Virus record (IMG/VR): IMGVR_UViG_3300043436_002865
Coordinates: 3,932 to 67,931 of that record
Origin: a virus
Strand: one strand, 5' to 3'
Length of the DNA stretch: 64,000 nucleotides
Positions 33,888-43,995 of the stretch are shown here, piece after piece. Under the pieces are notes generated by a model. The model was not told where the DNA came from and ran no database searches. It saw only the letters and a program-made list of their open reading frames with translations. Numbering within the stretch: the first letter of the stretch is position 1; each line of letters starts with the position of its first letter. A program made the position numbers and the translations under genes.

Positions 33888-33888
33888 A

Positions 33889-34206
33889 CTATCCCTTAAA
33901 CCATGCTGCTAATAAAGCTAATGCTCCTGCTACCATCCCACCTAAAACCCATAGAGTTTTTAAACTTGTTTTTCCTTGAGAAGCCAAATCTTGTAACTCA
34001 GTGATTCTAGATAGTAGTAATTCCATATCTTTTGCTATTTTAGATTCTAACGTAGATATTCTTTGCTCTAATCTTTCAAATCTATCTATCATGTACTGAT
34101 GTCTTTCTGCTCTTAAAGCATCAGCAACTAATATGGCTGATTCAGCAGACTGAAGTCTCTTAGATATATCGTCTATTTCTCTTTTTATATACTGAATCTC
34201 TTCCAA
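33889..34206 (-). CDS. coiled-coil protein with C-terminal TM
   Basis: Heptad pattern then hydrophobic tail; TTG start with AGGAG SD. Confidence 0.7.
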   Translation of the reverse strand: MEEIQYIKREIDDISKRLQSAESAILVADALRAERHQYMIDRFERLEQRISTLESKIAKDMELLLSRITELQDLASQGKTSLKTLWVLGGMVAGALALLAAWFKG

Positions 34207-34245
34207 TTAATATCTCCTGATATAATAGTAATGCTTAATAATACT

Positions 34246-34273
34246 ATTATAGCAGATAAGACCTAATAGTCAA
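34246..34273 (-). promoter_or_regulatory. sigma70-type promoter
   Basis: TTGACT-N16-TATAAT. Confidence 0.7.
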
Positions 34274-34308
34274 AAGGAATTTTTTATAAATTTAAATATA
34301 AGTGTATA

Positions 34309-34632
34309 TTATACTAAGCTAGAAAAATAAGGATAATTATTAAAGGCCCAAGAATAAGAAACTTGAAGCTTAGTTTTTTTATGCTCTAAAGAAGAATCTT
34401 CTTTAATAATATTAAGCATTTCGTTAATAGAAATAAGAATTGGATTAATAGTTTTATTATTGTAATATCCATGCTTATTTGCAGGATGTTTACAAGTATG
34501 TTTAGAGTAATAAGTTGGATTATTTAATTTTAGTAGAGTTTTCTTAATAGAGTCGATAATGGGTTGAGACATTTGATTTTTTAACTGTAAAGCAATTTCA
34601 AAAAATTCAATATCAAAAGCTGTTAGTTTCAT
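34309..34632 (-). CDS. hypothetical protein
   Basis: 107 aa, AAGG SD. Confidence 0.55.
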   Translation of the reverse strand: MKLTAFDIEFFEIALQLKNQMSQPIIDSIKKTLLKLNNPTYYSKHTCKHPANKHGYYNNKTINPILISINEMLNIIKEDSSLEHKKTKLQVSYSWAFNNYPYFSSLV

Positions 34633-34815
34633 TTGTTACCTTATTCTGCTAAATCTGTAATTAATAACAACAATATTTATTGGTTGTTAAGTTAAATATA
34701 GACTTTAAAATAGCAATAATCAATAATAATTTTATAGTTAATGCTGCTTAGCTACCAATATTCTAAATTTATTCGTTTTAGGATATGTATATTATTATTC
34801 TATTTAATTTTTGTT

Positions 34816-34843
34816 TTGACTTTGCTAGGCTTTAGTGTATAAT
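34816..34843 (+). promoter_or_regulatory. sigma70-type promoter
   Basis: TTGACT-N16-TATAAT at the strand switch. Confidence 0.7.
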
Positions 34844-34861
34844 TTATTTTAGAGGTGGAAT

Positions 34862-35110
34862 ATGAAAATAATAGGCGTATACAATAGTGTTACGGAAAAA
34901 TACGTAAACAAACAGGTAACCGAGTTAAAACAACTTGGTTATGAAGCAGACGCTATTACAGTAGAAGAAGCTAAAAACTATTTAGATAGCATTAGTACTC
35001 CTAGTTTCTTTTTAATAAAAAATGACAAGTTTGGTTATGCGCTAAACGGAAAACACGATTTCACAAAAATTTTACAATGGGTAAAGAATTCAGGTATAGT
35101 ATGCAAGTAA
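34862..35110 (+). CDS. thioredoxin-fold-like protein without CXXC
   Basis: ISTPSFFLIKND..G pattern; GAGG SD. Confidence 0.55.
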   Translation: MKIIGVYNSVTEKYVNKQVTELKQLGYEADAITVEEAKNYLDSISTPSFFLIKNDKFGYALNGKHDFTKILQWVKNSGIVCK

Positions 35111-35358
35111 ACACAAAAAAATATGGTGGAGATGCTCTTAGAAGTTATAAAGCTTTAATGAGAAAATTGAGCAGAGAAGGTCTCTATCAGGAACTTAAAG
35201 AACGAGAGTTCTTTAAAAGTAAAGGCCAAAGAAAAAGAGAAGAAAAAGTTCAAGGAACTTTAAGAGTAGCAAAAAAACAGCGCCTTAGAATGGAACACTT
35301 AGCTAAAGAATTGCCTATAGTAAAACCTAAACCAAAACCCTTTAAGCAAAAAAAGTAA
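35101..35358 (+). CDS. rpsU: ribosomal protein bS21
   Basis: ALRSYKALMRKLSREGLYQELKEREFFKSKGQRKR matches the bS21 pattern. Confidence 0.75.
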   Translation: MQVNTKKYGGDALRSYKALMRKLSREGLYQELKEREFFKSKGQRKREEKVQGTLRVAKKQRLRMEHLAKELPIVKPKPKPFKQKK

Positions 35359-35452
35359 AATTAAGCTTGCATTATAGGAGTAAGTTATATATTCTTATAT
35401 TAAGAAAGTGCTTTATTTAACTTTTAGCACTAGTTTTTATATCGGATATTAT

Positions 35453-36154
35453 ATGCTAATTTACTTTAGAGCTTGCGAAAAACAAAATACTATTTCCTAC
35501 GTAACTCGTTTTAATAATATTAATAAAACAATTATACTGAAAAAATGCTGGTTGTCAATTCAAAATAGTATTTCATCTGAAGATAAAGTAATCTTAATTG
35601 AAGATTCTTTATCTTCAGATACTTTAAATTGGTTATATGCCAATAGTAAAACAGAAATTGTAAAAGTTTCAGTTCCTAATCATTCTTGGGAATTTCACCA
35701 GCACACAGTAACTCTAGTAGAAGCACTAGCACAATTCTCAGAACAATTTCCAGAAGAGTTACACTATATTGTAGAGGATGATTATCTACATACTCCCGAC
35801 GCACTAAATGTGCTTCGGGATACTTTATTTTCATGGAACTATTTTGCAGTTCCCTATGATTATCCAGATAGATATAATCCTCCAAAACCTTGTAACGTAT
35901 TAGTAGGGAAAGATAGGCATTGGAGAACTATAGACAGTGGCACAATGACTGCAATAGCAAAAGGTAAAACATGGTTAACTTATATGAGTGCGCTAAAAGA
36001 AGCAGCTCCAACTAGTAACGATAAAGTATTTGAAGAAATATACTCAAAAGTTCCATGTATTAACCCATTACCGGGAGTAGCAAGTCATATGACAGACAAG
36101 CACCATACTCCGCTAGTAAACTGGAATCAAATATGGGAGAATATAAATGTATAA
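35453..36154 (+). CDS. glycosyltransferase (GT-A)
   Basis: YIVEDDYLH and YDYPDRY motifs; start moved to ATG 35453. Confidence 0.75.
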   Translation: MLIYFRACEKQNTISYVTRFNNINKTIILKKCWLSIQNSISSEDKVILIEDSLSSDTLNWLYANSKTEIVKVSVPNHSWEFHQHTVTLVEALAQFSEQFPEELHYIVEDDYLHTPDALNVLRDTLFSWNYFAVPYDYPDRYNPPKPCNVLVGKDRHWRTIDSGTMTAIAKGKTWLTYMSALKEAAPTSNDKVFEEIYSKVPCINPLPGVASHMTDKHHTPLVNWNQIWENINV

Positions 36155-36707
36155 ACTACAATACGATCACTTAAGACACTTTACTAGTTCAGAAGGATAT
36201 TGGTCTACTATAGACTGCATAACAGTAGCTAATAGTATTATATCAATAACAAAAGCTAGCTCTATGTTAGAAATAGGTTTTAATATTGGATATAGCGCAG
36301 CCACCTGGCTACAGTCTGGTATAAAAACTTTGTATATAATTGATATAAACTATCATGCAGATACAGAAAAAGCCTTGCACGCAACGAAAGAAACTTTCTC
36401 AGATGCTACAGTAGAATGGTTACTAGCTAATTCAACTCATCAAGTAGCAAGAGATTGGAATATTCCAGCAGTAGATATAGCTTTTATTGATGGAGAGCAT
36501 ACATATGAAGCTACTATGTCTGACAGTATGCTATCAATAGAAAAAGGCGCTAAATGGTTAGCTTACGATGATGTAATAGAAAATCACTCTAATGGAATTC
36601 ATAAAGCTATAAGCAAACTAGAAGAACAAGGACTTATTGAATTAGTGCAGTCTTGGCCTATGACATGGACTGAACAAGGGTACGTAGTATTAGCAAAGGT
36701 ATTATAA
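36147..36707 (+). CDS. class I SAM methyltransferase
   Basis: LEIGFNIGYS, FIDGEHTYE and YDD motifs. Confidence 0.85.
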   Translation: MYKLQYDHLRHFTSSEGYWSTIDCITVANSIISITKASSMLEIGFNIGYSAATWLQSGIKTLYIIDINYHADTEKALHATKETFSDATVEWLLANSTHQVARDWNIPAVDIAFIDGEHTYEATMSDSMLSIEKGAKWLAYDDVIENHSNGIHKAISKLEEQGLIELVQSWPMTWTEQGYVVLAKVL

Positions 36708-37216
36708 TGAAACTAAATAATTTTCAAAGCAAAAACTATCCTGATTATATAAGTCAGGGAAACCATGCTCAGTTTATATTGCCAGTAGCTAAGCATGTGC
36801 TAAAAGACAAAAGTCTAGGAGTAGATGTAGGTTGTAAAAAACCAGAATGGGCGTATCCAGGAGCGTTACTAGTAGATTTAGATTTACCAGATGAATGGCA
36901 CGCTAATAACCTACCAGAATCAGGTAATCTAGAATATATATTTTCTTCTCACTGTTTAGAACATATTGAAAATTGGGAAGAAACACTAGCATATTGGAAG
37001 AACTCTCTCGTATCAGGCGGTGTATTATTTTTATATTTACCTCATACAGATTGTGAATATTGGGATACTAGATTCATGCCTACTAAAAGACATGTGAATA
37101 ACTTTACTCCTCAGCAAATAGAATATTATTTACGTTTTGTACTAGGTTTTAAAAATGTGTTTGCGTCTCAAAGAGATTCCGCATTTAGCTTTTGTGTGTA
37201 TGGTGAAAAGCCATGA
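36707..37216 (+). CDS. class I SAM methyltransferase
   Basis: DVGC, IFSSHCLEH and GGVLFLYLP motifs. Confidence 0.85.
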   Translation: MKLNNFQSKNYPDYISQGNHAQFILPVAKHVLKDKSLGVDVGCKKPEWAYPGALLVDLDLPDEWHANNLPESGNLEYIFSSHCLEHIENWEETLAYWKNSLVSGGVLFLYLPHTDCEYWDTRFMPTKRHVNNFTPQQIEYYLRFVLGFKNVFASQRDSAFSFCVYGEKP

Positions 37217-38250
37217 AAAGCATAGTAATTACTGGAAGTGCTGGTCTTATTGGAAGTCATCTTTGCTACAAGTTTATTGAACTTGGATACACAGTAATTG
37301 GAGTTGACAATCTAATTGGTGGTTATGCTTCTAACATGCCTGAACAGGGCAGAACTTTTTACTACTATAATATAGATATTCTAAATACAGCTAAGTTATC
37401 AGAAGTTTTTAAGTTTCATAAACCAGAAGCCGTTATTCATTGTGCAGCGCTAGCGCATGAAGGATTAAGCGTATTTGCACCTAAAACAATAGTTGAAAAT
37501 ATATATGCGGGGACTGCTTCTGTAGCCAGCGCCGCTTGTGCAAACAAAGTTGCAACCTTTATTAATACTAGTTCTATGGCTAGATACGGAGCACAACAAC
37601 CTCCATTTATTGAAGATGAAACTATTCCAACTCCTATTGATCCGTATGGTCTTGCTAAGCTACACGCAGAACAGCACTTAAAACTAATGAGTGACATATA
37701 TGGCATTAAGATTATTACAATGGTTCCGCACAACGTATGCGGCCCGCATCAGTGCTATAGCGATCCATTTAGAAATGTTATGAGCATTTTTGCTAATCAG
37801 TTAAAACGTAGTAAACCAATATACATATACGGTGACGGATCACAAAAACGTTCGTTCTCACACGTTACTGATTGTGTAGCGGCTTATGTAACAGCTTATA
37901 ACACTAGAGATGCTATTAAGTCTGGAGAAGTGTTTAATATAGGTCCAGATGATGGAACTGAGATAACGGTAAAAGAACTAGCAGTTAAAGTTAGTAGATA
38001 CTTTAATGTTGATCCTAATATAACTCATTTGCCTGAGAGACCTAGAGAAGTAAAAGATGCTTGGGTTTCTACTGCAAAAGCTAAAAGCGTGCTAAACTAT
38101 GCTACTAATAATTCCACAGACGATACTATTAGAGACACAGTGCATTGGATGAAAGATCAGCCTAATAGAGATTTTAAGTATCACTTAGAGCTAGAAATTA
38201 TTACAGATCAAACTCCTAAGACTTGGACTGACAAGCTGTTTAACGCATAA
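37213..38250 (+). CDS. NAD-dependent epimerase/dehydratase
   Basis: TGSAGLIG, YGLAK and IYGDGSQKRSF motifs. Confidence 0.93.
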   Translation: MKSIVITGSAGLIGSHLCYKFIELGYTVIGVDNLIGGYASNMPEQGRTFYYYNIDILNTAKLSEVFKFHKPEAVIHCAALAHEGLSVFAPKTIVENIYAGTASVASAACANKVATFINTSSMARYGAQQPPFIEDETIPTPIDPYGLAKLHAEQHLKLMSDIYGIKIITMVPHNVCGPHQCYSDPFRNVMSIFANQLKRSKPIYIYGDGSQKRSFSHVTDCVAAYVTAYNTRDAIKSGEVFNIGPDDGTEITVKELAVKVSRYFNVDPNITHLPERPREVKDAWVSTAKAKSVLNYATNNSTDDTIRDTVHWMKDQPNRDFKYHLELEIITDQTPKTWTDKLFNA

Positions 38251-38259
38251 GGAAAATAT

Positions 38260-39240
38260 ATGAAAAATGTACTAATATACAACTCTCAAGCAGTTGGAGA
38301 CTGCATACTAGGAACTCATACGGCTAGGTTGTATAAACAAAAGTTTCCTGATACTAATATTTACTTTTGTACTAGAGAAAACCTAGTACCAACAACTTCT
38401 GAAGGTGAACAAGAAAATATTGATATTTTACAGGTTCTATCGCTACAGCAAGGAATAGCTGGTGTAGGGCAAATAGTACGTACTGTAAATGGCCCAAGCG
38501 TAAAGCTATTCGGATCTGATAAACCTATAGAATTTAACGAGATAATTGAGCAACATGCTTGGTTTGGTGATATTGGAATAGTTCGTAGTCAATCAGCTTC
38601 TCTATTTACAAAACATGGAGAAACAGATTTTTGGGATACTGAAACTAGTTTTAATGTTGGCAGCCAAAAAAACTTACCTAGCGATCATATAGTAATCTCA
38701 ACTGTTGGGCCGCTAGATTGGAATAGAAAAACTAAAAATGAAGCTATGCGCTTAACGTTTTTATCAAAGTTAAAATACTTTTTAGAGCAAAATAAAGTTA
38801 GTGCTAAAATATCGCTACTAGGTAGAGACGTAGAATACGGGTCGTTATTAGATTCTTTGAGAAAGCTAAACAATAGCCATATATTTATTGGGCCTATGGG
38901 TATACACTCTCATGTAGCGGCAGGTCTTGGAGTAGATACTATTACAATTCCATCAGTATTCCCTGCACATTATGATAGTCCTGAGTATTATCACAGTGGC
39001 TGGCATAAAACTATAAAGCCAGCTATTCATTGTGGAAACTATCAATGCGTAAAGCCTAAAAATTATAGTGCAGAAAATAAGTTTCCTGAAGGTCCAGGAA
39101 CTACTATGGGATTTTGGCCAAAAATGTGTGATGAAACTGAGAATGGATTTTCTTGTGTTCATAATGTAAGTCCAGAGGCTATTATGGAACTGTTCGCAGA
39201 CTGGTATATTCAAAAAGGTAAAGATCTATGGAACCGTTAA
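38260..39240 (+). CDS. GT9-like (heptosyltransferase-like) glycosyltransferase
   Basis: AVGDCIL, FIGPMGIHSHVAAGLG and a C-terminal four-Cys cluster. Confidence 0.65.
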   Translation: MKNVLIYNSQAVGDCILGTHTARLYKQKFPDTNIYFCTRENLVPTTSEGEQENIDILQVLSLQQGIAGVGQIVRTVNGPSVKLFGSDKPIEFNEIIEQHAWFGDIGIVRSQSASLFTKHGETDFWDTETSFNVGSQKNLPSDHIVISTVGPLDWNRKTKNEAMRLTFLSKLKYFLEQNKVSAKISLLGRDVEYGSLLDSLRKLNNSHIFIGPMGIHSHVAAGLGVDTITIPSVFPAHYDSPEYYHSGWHKTIKPAIHCGNYQCVKPKNYSAENKFPEGPGTTMGFWPKMCDETENGFSCVHNVSPEAIMELFADWYIQKGKDLWNR

Positions 39241-40049
39241 TTGTAGTACCCTATGTAAATCCTAATGAAATACAGGCTTTAAAATCAGCTATAAAATGGG
39301 ATGCTCCTATAGTATTTTGGGAAGATAAAGGTAGAATAGGTAGTGATCTAGCTTATCAAACCCTGTGGAATACCTACAGTGATAGAGATATAATACTTCT
39401 ACACGCAGATATGATTCCAATGCCTGACGATACAAATAATAATTGGTATAAGCAATTATGTGATTATGCTAATAAATTCCCAGAAGCAGGAATATTAGGA
39501 ACAACTTTATTATACCCAGCTAAAGATGAAGAAGGAAACTTCTATATACAACACGCTGGAGGAAGGTTTGAAAATGGCGAGGCAATACATTACGGAGGAG
39601 GGCTTGATCTCTCTAGCGGAAGCGCATCTAGAAAAGTGGAGTCAGATAAAGGACAGTACGACAAAAAAGTCAGAAACGTATCCTGGGTTACCTTTGGCGG
39701 TGTATATTTGCGTAGGTCCGCTCTTGTTGCTGTTGGCAATTTTGACCCCCTTTATCATTGGACTTACTATCGCGATGTGGATTATTGTCTTTCTGCCCGC
39801 AGTCTTGGCTGGAAGATATATCAAACGCCAGTTAAACTACTTCACTTTGAAGGTAAAGACAACAAAAGAATCCAATCAGAAAATCCAGCAAAAAAAGATA
39901 AGTGGCGAATAAATCATAATATATTCACCGAAAAATGGAAAGACAGTGATTTAATTAAGTCTATTGATGAGATTGTATATGAAGAAAATAAAGAATCAAA
40001 CAGATATCAGAGCACAAAAAAGAGCACTAAAAGCGTCAAAAAGACGTAA
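39228..40049 (+). CDS. glycosyltransferase family 2
   Basis: LLHAD, IQHAG, GNFDP and DVDYCL motifs. Confidence 0.85.
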   Translation: MEPLIVVPYVNPNEIQALKSAIKWDAPIVFWEDKGRIGSDLAYQTLWNTYSDRDIILLHADMIPMPDDTNNNWYKQLCDYANKFPEAGILGTTLLYPAKDEEGNFYIQHAGGRFENGEAIHYGGGLDLSSGSASRKVESDKGQYDKKVRNVSWVTFGGVYLRRSALVAVGNFDPLYHWTYYRDVDYCLSARSLGWKIYQTPVKLLHFEGKDNKRIQSENPAKKDKWRINHNIFTEKWKDSDLIKSIDEIVYEENKESNRYQSTKKSTKSVKKT

Positions 40050-40096
40050 GGCTTATGCTCAGCAAAAACATTTATGGGATAGAGGAATAGGATTAT

Positions 40097-40930
40097 ATGA
40101 AGTCTACACAAAAGAAGAGCGTGATAAGTCTGATAAGCTATGATGCGCATTATTTACCAGAAAGTATCAAAAGTTATTATAACTATGTTGATGAAATAGT
40201 TTTGGGATTAGACAAAGATAGAATTAGTTGGAGTAATAACCGATTCAGCTTTAATGAGTCTGAGCTGTGGGAAGCATTATCTAAACTAGATGTTGATAAC
40301 AAAATTACAGTTGTAGAAGAAAACTTTCATCGCAGTACTATACCAATAGAAAATGATACTCATGAACGTAACTTTTTAAAAGAACAATGCAGTAATGACT
40401 GGATTTTTTCTTTTGACGCTGACGAAATACTAATAAACGCAAAAGAGTTCTTTGTTGATTTTTGCCCGTTAGTAGAGTCTTATAAAGACGTAGAGTTAAT
40501 GTTTACTTGGTTTTTACTATATAAAGAACTAGATGAAGGATATCTAATAATAGCTGATGAAAACAGAGAACACGTATTTAATAAAGACATACAAGGATTT
40601 ACTGCGCGTAAAGACTTACACACCTATACTTATTGTAGATGGACTAATGCTCCTAAGAAACTAAGATCACCACTAGGAATACTGCACTACAGCTTTTGCA
40701 GACCTGATAAAGATCTAAGCGTTAAAGTAAATAACTTTGGCCACTCTATTGAAAGTAAGCGAGATCCGTTTTATGACATACAAAAAACAGTAAACGCTTC
40801 TAATTATTTAAATATGAGAAACTTTAAAACAAGTAATATGGGCCCACAATGGCCTACGCTAAAACTAATACCAAAAAATGAATTAGAAAGCTATTGTAAA
40901 GAAGAGGCGAGGTTATTATATGGCAATTAA
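40097..40930 (+). CDS. glycosyltransferase family 2-like
   Basis: YVDEIV, ERN and DWIFSFDADE motifs. Confidence 0.75.
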   Translation: MKSTQKKSVISLISYDAHYLPESIKSYYNYVDEIVLGLDKDRISWSNNRFSFNESELWEALSKLDVDNKITVVEENFHRSTIPIENDTHERNFLKEQCSNDWIFSFDADEILINAKEFFVDFCPLVESYKDVELMFTWFLLYKELDEGYLIIADENREHVFNKDIQGFTARKDLHTYTYCRWTNAPKKLRSPLGILHYSFCRPDKDLSVKVNNFGHSIESKRDPFYDIQKTVNASNYLNMRNFKTSNMGPQWPTLKLIPKNELESYCKEEARLLYGN

Positions 40931-42029
40931 TGTAGAGCTAATAGGAAAAGTATTTGATAATCATTCGTTAGCAATAGTTAATAGAAATATTGCATTACAG
41001 TTAAAAGATAAAGTTAATCTAAGCATTTCTGCATTGGACACGTATTCGCAAGAGCACAAACTAACTAAAGAAGATGCTGAGACAGTAAGTAGTATAGTTA
41101 ACAAGCCTTTAGACCGTGTAGACGTGCAGATTAGACATTCTTATCCTCCAATGTGGCGATGGCCGGTTGATAATAAAACTAAAGTTATATTTATTCAACC
41201 GTGGGAGTATATGGCTGTGCCATTTGAATGGCAGTATAAGTTTGAAACTTTTGCGGATTTACTTATAACTCCTAGTGATTGGACTAGAGAGGTATACTTA
41301 AATAGTGGAATGAATCCAGATCGTGTACTTACAATACCTAACGGTTATAATCCAGGTATATTCTATCCAGCAGATAAAGCTGATAACAAGATAACTGTAT
41401 TATATGTAGGCTGTCATCAATTTAGAAAAGGATTAGACGTACTATTAAGTGTGTGGAGTCAAATAACCAAGCAAGGCACTCCTATAGAGCTAATAATTAA
41501 AGATACTCCTCAAGTTTATGGAGCTTCTAATACTCAAGAAGATATAGTTAAGCTGCAATATAAAACAAAATGTGCTTCTATTGTATATGACGATAGTGTT
41601 AGAAGCGAAAAAGAAATGGCAGATTTATATAGACAAGCCCATATCATAGTCCACCCTTATAGAGGAGAAGGTTTTGGTATGCACATACAAGAAGCTATGG
41701 CTTGTGGTTGTATTCCTATTGTTACTAAAGGCGGACCCACTGATGAGTTTGTTGATAACTTTAAAGTAGAAAGCTCAAAAAGAATTGTTAATATGTATGA
41801 AATTTTTGGCCTAAAAGCAGAAGATGCTATGACTCAAATGGGAGGTCATAAGTGGGTTCTGGAGCCTAATCAAAACGATTTAGCAAAACAACTACATCAC
41901 GTAATAAACAATATAAAATCTATTAAAGTAGATAAATCAAGGTTAAATACTTGGGAATCTGTAGGTAATGCATACTATAATGCTATAGAAAGAACAGTTA
42001 CGCAAAGAGAAGTAACTGTTAGAGGTTAA
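40920..42029 (+). CDS. glycosyltransferase family 4
   Basis: IPNG, RKGLD and PYRGEGFGMHIQEAMACG motifs. Confidence 0.92.
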   Translation: MAINVELIGKVFDNHSLAIVNRNIALQLKDKVNLSISALDTYSQEHKLTKEDAETVSSIVNKPLDRVDVQIRHSYPPMWRWPVDNKTKVIFIQPWEYMAVPFEWQYKFETFADLLITPSDWTREVYLNSGMNPDRVLTIPNGYNPGIFYPADKADNKITVLYVGCHQFRKGLDVLLSVWSQITKQGTPIELIIKDTPQVYGASNTQEDIVKLQYKTKCASIVYDDSVRSEKEMADLYRQAHIIVHPYRGEGFGMHIQEAMACGCIPIVTKGGPTDEFVDNFKVESSKRIVNMYEIFGLKAEDAMTQMGGHKWVLEPNQNDLAKQLHHVINNIKSIKVDKSRLNTWESVGNAYYNAIERTVTQREVTVRG

Positions 42030-42031
42030 AA

Positions 42032-42337
42032 ATGAAAAGTGAAGGATTTTCTTATGATTTAGGCTTTATTGCTCCACCAATAGGAACTAGAGGTTTTAAA
42101 GTAACTGTTAGTGAATTTGGTACTAGTATAAAGGTGCACACTAGGGAATATTATCAAGATGGGGATACAGGAGAATGGTTCCCAACTAAAAATGGAATAT
42201 CTATAGGCGAAGAACATGTAGACACTTGGAAAAACTTATTAGATGAAGCGTCTGATCTAGTTGCCCATATTTGGAAACAGCGTGTTACTACCTTAATAGA
42301 TGAAGGAAAAACACAAAATGAGGACACCACAGAATGA
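42032..42337 (+). CDS. PC4/p15-like ssDNA-binding protein
   Basis: VTVSEF, VHTREYY..D.GEWFPTKNGI; T5-like position. Confidence 0.8.
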   Translation: MKSEGFSYDLGFIAPPIGTRGFKVTVSEFGTSIKVHTREYYQDGDTGEWFPTKNGISIGEEHVDTWKNLLDEASDLVAHIWKQRVTTLIDEGKTQNEDTTE

Positions 42338-42654
42338 ACGGAAAAGCTTGGAGCGATGAAGAAGAAGTTGAACTAATTAAACTATACACAGAAGATGAAC
42401 TAGATATTCAAGATATTGCTGATCATTTTGGTAAAAAAACCAGAAGTATTATTAGTAAGTTAGTACAGCTTAAGATATATAGAAAACCGGAAGACGAAAA
42501 GACTAGTAAGAGAAGTGTTAAGAGCATGGTCATTGAACTAGAGAATATACTAGGTATAGATATAGAAGGTTTGAACCTTACTAAAAAGTCTAACCTAGAA
42601 AAGGTAGTAGACGGCATAAAACTTAAAATACAGGAAAGCGGTAATTTAAAGTAA
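42334..42654 (+). CDS. HTH DNA-binding protein (T5 A2/D5-related)
   Basis: WSDEEEVEL...IADHFGKKTRSIISKLV. Confidence 0.7.
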   Translation: MNGKAWSDEEEVELIKLYTEDELDIQDIADHFGKKTRSIISKLVQLKIYRKPEDEKTSKRSVKSMVIELENILGIDIEGLNLTKKSNLEKVVDGIKLKIQESGNLK

Positions 42655-42662
42655 AATTACAT

Positions 42663-42791
42663 TTGCATACCGTGTTGAAAAGAGTTATAGTTATTTTATC
42701 GAAACAATAAAAGTAATTAACGACTACATAAGACAAGAGTAACTAAAAAAGTAATATTTCTCTTGCTTGTCATAAAAAAGTTTGTTAAGAT
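42663..42791 (+). promoter_or_regulatory. tandem sigma70-type promoters
   Basis: TTGCAT-N17-TATAGT (42663) and TTGCTT-N17-TAAGAT (42763). Confidence 0.6.
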
Positions 42792-42866
42792 ACTTTAGTT
42801 GTTGAGAAAAACAACATAATGACAACCAAACCAAAATACATATTATTATAAAGAGGAAACAAAAAT

Positions 42867-43553
42867 ATGGCTAAATTTGAATACACAGAAGAAATGGTAG
42901 CTCGCATGGAAGAGCTTTGCGGAAGCGGGGTGACTGAAGATATTATCTCTCAGCTCTGCGATGAGTTTGAATTCCCTCGTCGTAGCGTAACTGCTAAACT
43001 ACGCAAGCAGGGTTTTGACGTCCCACACAAGCCAAAGGCAGCTCCAACCTTCTCTGACGAAGAAACTAATGAACTTCGTGACTTCTTGGAAGCAAATGAC
43101 GGTGCTTTCACTGCAGAAGAAATTGCTGAGCGTATTGCTGACGGCAAATTCAACGCCCGTCAAATTAATGGTAAGGCTCTTAGCCTTGAAATGACTGGCG
43201 CTATTAAGCCAGCCGACAAGAAAGTGGCTCCACGTTCTTACACTGAAGCCGAAGAAGCTCAAATTGCTAAAATGGCTGAAAGCGGTTCGTTCATCGAAGA
43301 TATCGCTGATGCTCTTGGCAAAAGCGTTCAAAGCATTCGTGGTAAGCTTCTTTCTATGCAACTTAAAGCACCTCAGCGTGATAAGAAAGTTGCCCGTAGC
43401 GATTCTTATGAGGGGATCGAAGAACTTGCTACTCGTATGACTGTTGCTGAACTTGCTGAGCACTACGGTAAAACTGATCGCGGTGTCAAGACTGTTCTTA
43501 GCCGTCGTGGTCTTTCTGCTACCGACTACACTCCTAAAGCAGCTAAAGAGTAA
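42867..43553 (+). CDS. T5 D5-like DNA-binding protein
   Basis: Repeated HTH units (RSVTAKLRKQG, RQINGK, SIRGKLL); upstream of the helicase as in T5. Confidence 0.85.
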   Translation: MAKFEYTEEMVARMEELCGSGVTEDIISQLCDEFEFPRRSVTAKLRKQGFDVPHKPKAAPTFSDEETNELRDFLEANDGAFTAEEIAERIADGKFNARQINGKALSLEMTGAIKPADKKVAPRSYTEAEEAQIAKMAESGSFIEDIADALGKSVQSIRGKLLSMQLKAPQRDKKVARSDSYEGIEELATRMTVAELAEHYGKTDRGVKTVLSRRGLSATDYTPKAAKE

Positions 43554-43566
43554 TTTTTTTATTATA

Positions 43567-43590
43567 AAGGGCGGCAGTTATGCCGCCCTT
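43567..43590 (+). terminator. hairpin, probable terminator
   Basis: AGGGCGGCA-GTTA-TGCCGCCCT. Confidence 0.6.
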
Positions 43591-43605
43591 ACCTTGAGAG
43601 AAGTA

Positions 43606-43926
43606 TTGAATCCAGATTCCCATCTATATTTATACGACCTAGACGATAGTACCTTAGATTTTATATTAGAATTACCTTATGACGAGCTAGACAAGTATGT
43701 CTCAGCTCTAATTAGTCGTTTCTACGGTGATCTTTCTGATAAAGAACCAAAAGATATAATAGAGCTTCGTCATAGTTATAAAGCTAGTTTTGCAACAGAA
43801 AAGCTATATAGAGTTAATCCGCTTATAAATAAAAATTATACGGCTATATATACAAAAACAGGATTACTACGAGAGCTAGTTCTAGACATATATGGAATAG
43901 GTCCGGAAAAGGTAGTAATTAATTAA
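43606..43926 (+). CDS. hypothetical protein
   Basis: Likely TTG start after the hairpin; the longer ORF-track call overlaps D5. Confidence 0.6.
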   Translation: MNPDSHLYLYDLDDSTLDFILELPYDELDKYVSALISRFYGDLSDKEPKDIIELRHSYKASFATEKLYRVNPLINKNYTAIYTKTGLLRELVLDIYGIGPEKVVIN

Positions 43927-43935
43927 AAATTTGTC

Positions 43936-43964
43936 TTGACTATTACTATATTTTTTGGTAATAT
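43936..43964 (+). promoter_or_regulatory. sigma70-type promoter
   Basis: TTGACT-N17-TAATAT. Confidence 0.65.
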
Positions 43965-43995
43965 GATCCTATCAACTAATTGATAGGATTTTTTT

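Noticed and set aside
42999-43463. 154 aa antisense ORF, and other ORFs nested in or opposite real genes
   Set aside because: Shadows of codon-biased genes, with no SD or motifs.
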